38,270 nucleotides of DNA from Clostridia bacterium (GTDB lineage Bacteria; Bacillota; Clostridia; DUPQ01), in contig JBAYNV010000004.1 of assembly GCA_041678685.1 (NCBI GenBank), positions 1 through 38,270 on the forward strand, written 5' to 3'. A model generated the notes under the pieces. The model did no database searches. It was not told the DNA's origin and saw only the letters and a list, made by a program, of their open reading frames with translations. Positions 35,024 through 38,270 of this stretch are shown one piece after another (position 1 is the stretch's first letter; each line of letters begins with the position of its first letter). The position numbers and the translations under genes were made by a program.

Positions 35024-36100
35024 ATGGCCTATACGATAGGTATGGATTTTACATTTATTAAGGACAGTAATAAGACGGTAGGTGATGAAGTAACTGCCCT
35101 GAGCATTGCCGAAGGCCTTTATGCACATATGATCAATCAGTCAAATATGACGGATCCGTCATATGTTGTATTTCTGACTGAAAAAAATGCTGAAGCTTTC
35201 CGATTGAAATATCCTCTATTCAATGTCATTGCCACTGTTTCCGGCAGTATGTTTTATTTCAAATTTCTTCCCTGGTTTGTAAAGAAAGCAAATATAGATG
35301 TAATGTTTTATCCTCATACGGATATAAATCTGAATTTCCGCCTGAGAGCAAAAATAGTGCTTACCACGCACGGGCTTACGGGTGCGGATGAATTCAACGT
35401 TCTGGACAAACTTACGCCCTTTATGTTAAGAAGGGTGAATAAGATAATTGCTGTATCTGATTTTGTTAAGGATGAGCTTTTGAAACGCAGCAGACTCGAT
35501 CCTAAAAAAATAGTGACTATCCCGAATCCTCTGGCTTCAATGACAAGTAGCATCGATGTCGTATTCAAAAAAAAGCACATCATAGCGGTGGGAAGCGATA
35601 AACCTCAGAAAAATCTCATATTGATCATCAGAGCTTTTGAAAAGCTTTCTACCATAATCGATCACGATCTCGTACTTGTAGGTGATGTTTCTGAAAAGGG
35701 TGATATATACAAATATATAAAAGATAATAAACTGACAAACAGGATCATTGTGACCGGCAGGGTGAACAGGGAAATACTTTTCGGTTATTATAAGAACGCA
35801 GACCTGTTCATAAATACTTCCACATACGAGGGATTCGGTTTAGCGCCTCTTGAAGCTATGGCGCTGAAAGCGCGTGTCGTCAGTACTCCCATACCTTCCA
35901 TAAGCGAAATAGAAGGTGTAAAATTTGACGGCGATATAAATTACTATGATGACGAGACCGAAGTCGCTAATAAGATGCTGAGCGTATTGAACAGCGATGC
36001 GGATCCGGATTATCTGGAAAGCAGAGCTAATAAGATATTGGATTATTACAGCTTGGAAAATGTAAGCAGAAAGTATATTCAGGTATTCGAAAATGTATAA
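35024..36100 (+). CDS. Family 4 (GT-B, group 1) glycosyltransferase
   Basis: The motif EGFGLAPLEAMA is present and the C-terminus is typical (YSLENVSRKYIQVFENV). The ATG at 35024 is preferred over 35018 because of spacing to GGAG (35014-35017). Confidence 0.8.
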   Translation: MAYTIGMDFTFIKDSNKTVGDEVTALSIAEGLYAHMINQSNMTDPSYVVFLTEKNAEAFRLKYPLFNVIATVSGSMFYFKFLPWFVKKANIDVMFYPHTDINLNFRLRAKIVLTTHGLTGADEFNVLDKLTPFMLRRVNKIIAVSDFVKDELLKRSRLDPKKIVTIPNPLASMTSSIDVVFKKKHIIAVGSDKPQKNLILIIRAFEKLSTIIDHDLVLVGDVSEKGDIYKYIKDNKLTNRIIVTGRVNREILFGYYKNADLFINTSTYEGFGLAPLEAMALKARVVSTPIPSISEIEGVKFDGDINYYDDETEVANKMLSVLNSDADPDYLESRANKILDYYSLENVSRKYIQVFENV

Positions 36101-36500
36101 AAAACCAATAGGTCAGATCGATGTTTATTCATTTGTAACGCCATTTGGCGGGGTCTTGGATAATAATAACCGCTGGGTGAAATTCGCTTCCTGTATACCC
36201 TGGGATGAGATCGAGGATGTTTATGCTACCAAGTTCAGTAAGTTCGGCCCTCCCGCAAAACCTCTTCGGATGGTGCTTGGAACATATATCCTTAAAAGGG
36301 AATATGGATTTACCGATAATCAGATACTTCACGAGCTGAATGAAAATCCATATCTTCAGTATTTTATAGGTCTCGATGCATTTACACTAAAGGTCCCTGT
36401 AAGCGCCACTCTTCTCAGATCGTTCATAAAACGTTTTTCAGTTGAAGACGCAGAGAAGATAGATGAGATGATACTCGGATGCAGGAAAGTCCTCTTGTAA
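36093..36500 (+). pseudogene. Truncated IS5/IS1182-type transposase fragment (N-terminal DUF772-like part only, 135 codons)
   Basis: The ORF reads MYKKPIGQIDVYSF...NNNRWVKFASCIPWDEIEDVYATKFSKFGPPAKPLRMVLGTYILKREYGFTDNQILHELNENPYLQYFIGL. This matches the conserved N-terminus of transposases that are normally about 450-550 aa. The DDE catalytic part is absent. I recognised no terminal inverted repeats. Confidence 0.65.
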
Positions 36501-36734
36501 TACTATATAAGAAATACAGCTTGGCTTGACCGATACAAAGTGATTTTGTATAAATTACCTTGTTGATGCCAACATGTCAGTGTTGCCGGTAAACTTCATC
36601 ACCATGTTTTATACTTTATTAAGCCTTATAAATATACTTTACTTGATGATGCTGTGAGTTATATAATTAATATAAATAGCGTAATTGATATTACAGAAGA
36701 ATAAAGATTGGAAAGCTTGAAAATGGAGAAACAA

Positions 36735-38270
36735 ATGAAAAAGACGTGTATAGTTATAATAATGGCAGCGATACTTCTGATGGGATTCACTTCATGCCAC
36801 AACCCTCTTATAACCGATACACCTGCACTGACCGATAACACGGAAACACCTACCGAAACAGCATCGACACCGGTGGAGACGGAAACACCTGTTCCCACTC
36901 CTACAGAGGATCCTGCGGTTGTAGCCCAGAGAGAACGGGATACTCTTGAAGCGGCTAGAAAACTTGCTGATGGCGAGTTTTATGTACCGTTGAAAGCCCT
37001 TGCTGATGAAAGCGAAAAAGCTGACGGAGACGACGCGAGATGCATGTATATCGTTGATTCGGTCATATCAAAAAATGTTGGGAATGAAGATAATGCAGTA
37101 TGGGAAATGGTGAGGACCGATGACGCCAACATACAGCTTTACAAGGAATATGTCGAAGCTCTTGCCGCCGGAAATACAACAAGGACTGCAGAGCTTGCAT
37201 ATCTTGAAAACAGCCTTACACAACTTGAAAAGATAATAGGTACGATACTTGGGACCGAACTTAATGCCGTCGTTCTGAACATAAAAAGCGGAGACGGAGG
37301 CATCACTATACCGACTACTGTGCAGTGCGTTGATACAGTTAAATCAAATGCTAACAGATTCACTGATATGGCTGCATTACTGAAACAGCTGAAAGGGTAC
37401 GGTATATATACTATAGCGCGTGTTACCACATTCCAGGATGACATGCTTGCAGAATACAACAGCAGCGAACATGCCATCAGAAAAACTGATGGTACGATCT
37501 GGCTGGATGACAACTATTCAGCATGGGTCGATGCATTCGATGAATGGGTACAGAAATACAACATAGCGGTTGCCAAGGAAGCGGCATTGATCGGGTTCGA
37601 TGAGATAAATTTCGACTATGTGCGTTTCCCTGAAGGAAGAAAATGGGGTACTTATTACAAAGAATACTGCCTCAATCATAACATTACGCGTTCTGACGAA
37701 ATAATACGTGGTTTTCTGGAAGAAGCTTATGAAGCGCTTCAGCCATATAATGTGAATGTAAGCGCTGATGTATTCGGCCTTGTAGCCAGACAGTGGGATT
37801 CGGAGGACTGCCTGAAAATCGGGCAGAACTGGTATCAGATAGCGACTGTCGTAGATTACATATGCCCTATGATATATCCAAGCCATTACAGCACGGGCTG
37901 GTACGGATTTGAATATCCTGACATGAATCCGTACGGAATGGTAAAGGGAGCAATGAAGGATTCGATAGAAAGGATCTCCTCAACATCGGGAGACTGTAAG
38001 GTCAGGCTCTGGGTTCAGGACTTTACCGCAAAGTATCTGTATAACAGTGATAACATATATTATTACGGATATGACCAGATCTATGGCGAGATCCTGGCTA
38101 TGAGGGAGTTTGGCGAGTTTACATATTCATTCTGGAATAACGGGATCAATTATAACCCTTCAAAATATATTTTCCCTACTGATACGAGCATGTATCCTTT
38201 GGCAACAGGTGATTACGACCTTATAGGGCGGACTCCTGCCGGTGCCGCAAAAGAATATCTCTCTGTAATG
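36735..38270 (+). CDS. Lipoprotein with T/P/E-rich linker and COG1306/DUF4015-like putative glycoside-hydrolase TIM-barrel domain; the 3' end lies outside the window
   Basis: Absent from the ORF track because there is no stop codon in the window. ATG 36735 follows GGAGAA. The signal peptide and lipobox are MKKTCIVIIMAAILLMGFTSC. The reading frame is open for 512 codons. The core motif GFDEINFDYVRFP and IYPSHY are present. Confidence 0.65.
   Translation, partial: MKKTCIVIIMAAILLMGFTSCHNPLITDTPALTDNTETPTETASTPVETETPVPTPTEDPAVVAQRERDTLEAARKLADGEFYVPLKALADESEKADGDDARCMYIVDSVISKNVGNEDNAVWEMVRTDDANIQLYKEYVEALAAGNTTRTAELAYLENSLTQLEKIIGTILGTELNAVVLNIKSGDGGITIPTTVQCVDTVKSNANRFTDMAALLKQLKGYGIYTIARVTTFQDDMLAEYNSSEHAIRKTDGTIWLDDNYSAWVDAFDEWVQKYNIAVAKEAALIGFDEINFDYVRFPEGRKWGTYYKEYCLNHNITRSDEIIRGFLEEAYEALQPYNVNVSADVFGLVARQWDSEDCLKIGQNWYQIATVVDYICPMIYPSHYSTGWYGFEYPDMNPYGMVKGAMKDSIERISSTSGDCKVRLWVQDFTAKYLYNSDNIYYYGYDQIYGEILAMREFGEFTYSFWNNGINYNPSKYIFPTDTSMYPLATGDYDLIGRTPAGAAKEYLSVM

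Noticed and set aside
36659-36898. 79-aa minus-strand ORF rich in V/S/G/T
   Set aside because: It is the mirror image of the lipoprotein signal peptide and its T/P/E linker. The plus-strand ORF has an RBS and a lipobox and remains open for 512 codons.
1-38270. CRISPR arrays, rRNA genes, intact prophage or integrative elements, tandem repeat arrays
   Set aside because: Reading all intergenic gaps (the largest are 4428-4787, 691-944 and 36501-36734) showed no regularly spaced repeats, integrase or recombinase genes, or rRNA-like sequence. The only repeats are the short ones reported above.

Overview
This 38.3-kb window looks like chromosomal DNA from a low-GC Firmicute, most likely class Clostridia, because the SCIFF peptide and maturase pair is characteristic of that class. 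Most of it is tightly packed housekeeping genes. These include a lysine-riboswitch-controlled asd-dapA-dapB operon, type III glutamine synthetase with ybaK, asnA, ftsK-ygiQ-mtaB, ireB-ruvX-DUF1292, and a split TIGR03960/TIGR03936 radical-SAM pair. Also present are trmN6-like/rsmI/abrB, rny, ymdB-lspA-rluD-tcdA-xylB, and one tRNA-Leu(GAG). Several elements are missing from or mis-started in the ORF track. They are a 51-aa SCIFF precursor (28672-28827, minus strand), two edge-truncated CDSs (1-690 minus, 36735-38270 plus), the tRNA, an L-box riboswitch and several over-extended N-termini. The least ordinary content falls in four places. (1) An own-promoter two-gene cassette lies between asnA and ftsK. 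It encodes a Zn-finger/HTH/DUF2087 protein and a stand-alone I-TevI-like GIY-YIG domain that seems to lack canonical catalytic residues. This is my best candidate for an uncharacterised system. (2) A minus-strand block (PLP decarboxylase, SCIFF peptide, radical-SAM maturase) splits the normally adjacent rny-ymdB pair. (3) An L-fucose-isomerase-like gene and a URO-D-family gene are divergently arranged, with a second URO-D paralog elsewhere. (4) A glycosyltransferase is followed by a truncated IS transposase fragment and a COG1306-like lipoprotein. I saw no CRISPR array, rRNA or intact mobile element. All family assignments come from by-eye motif recognition, not database searches.
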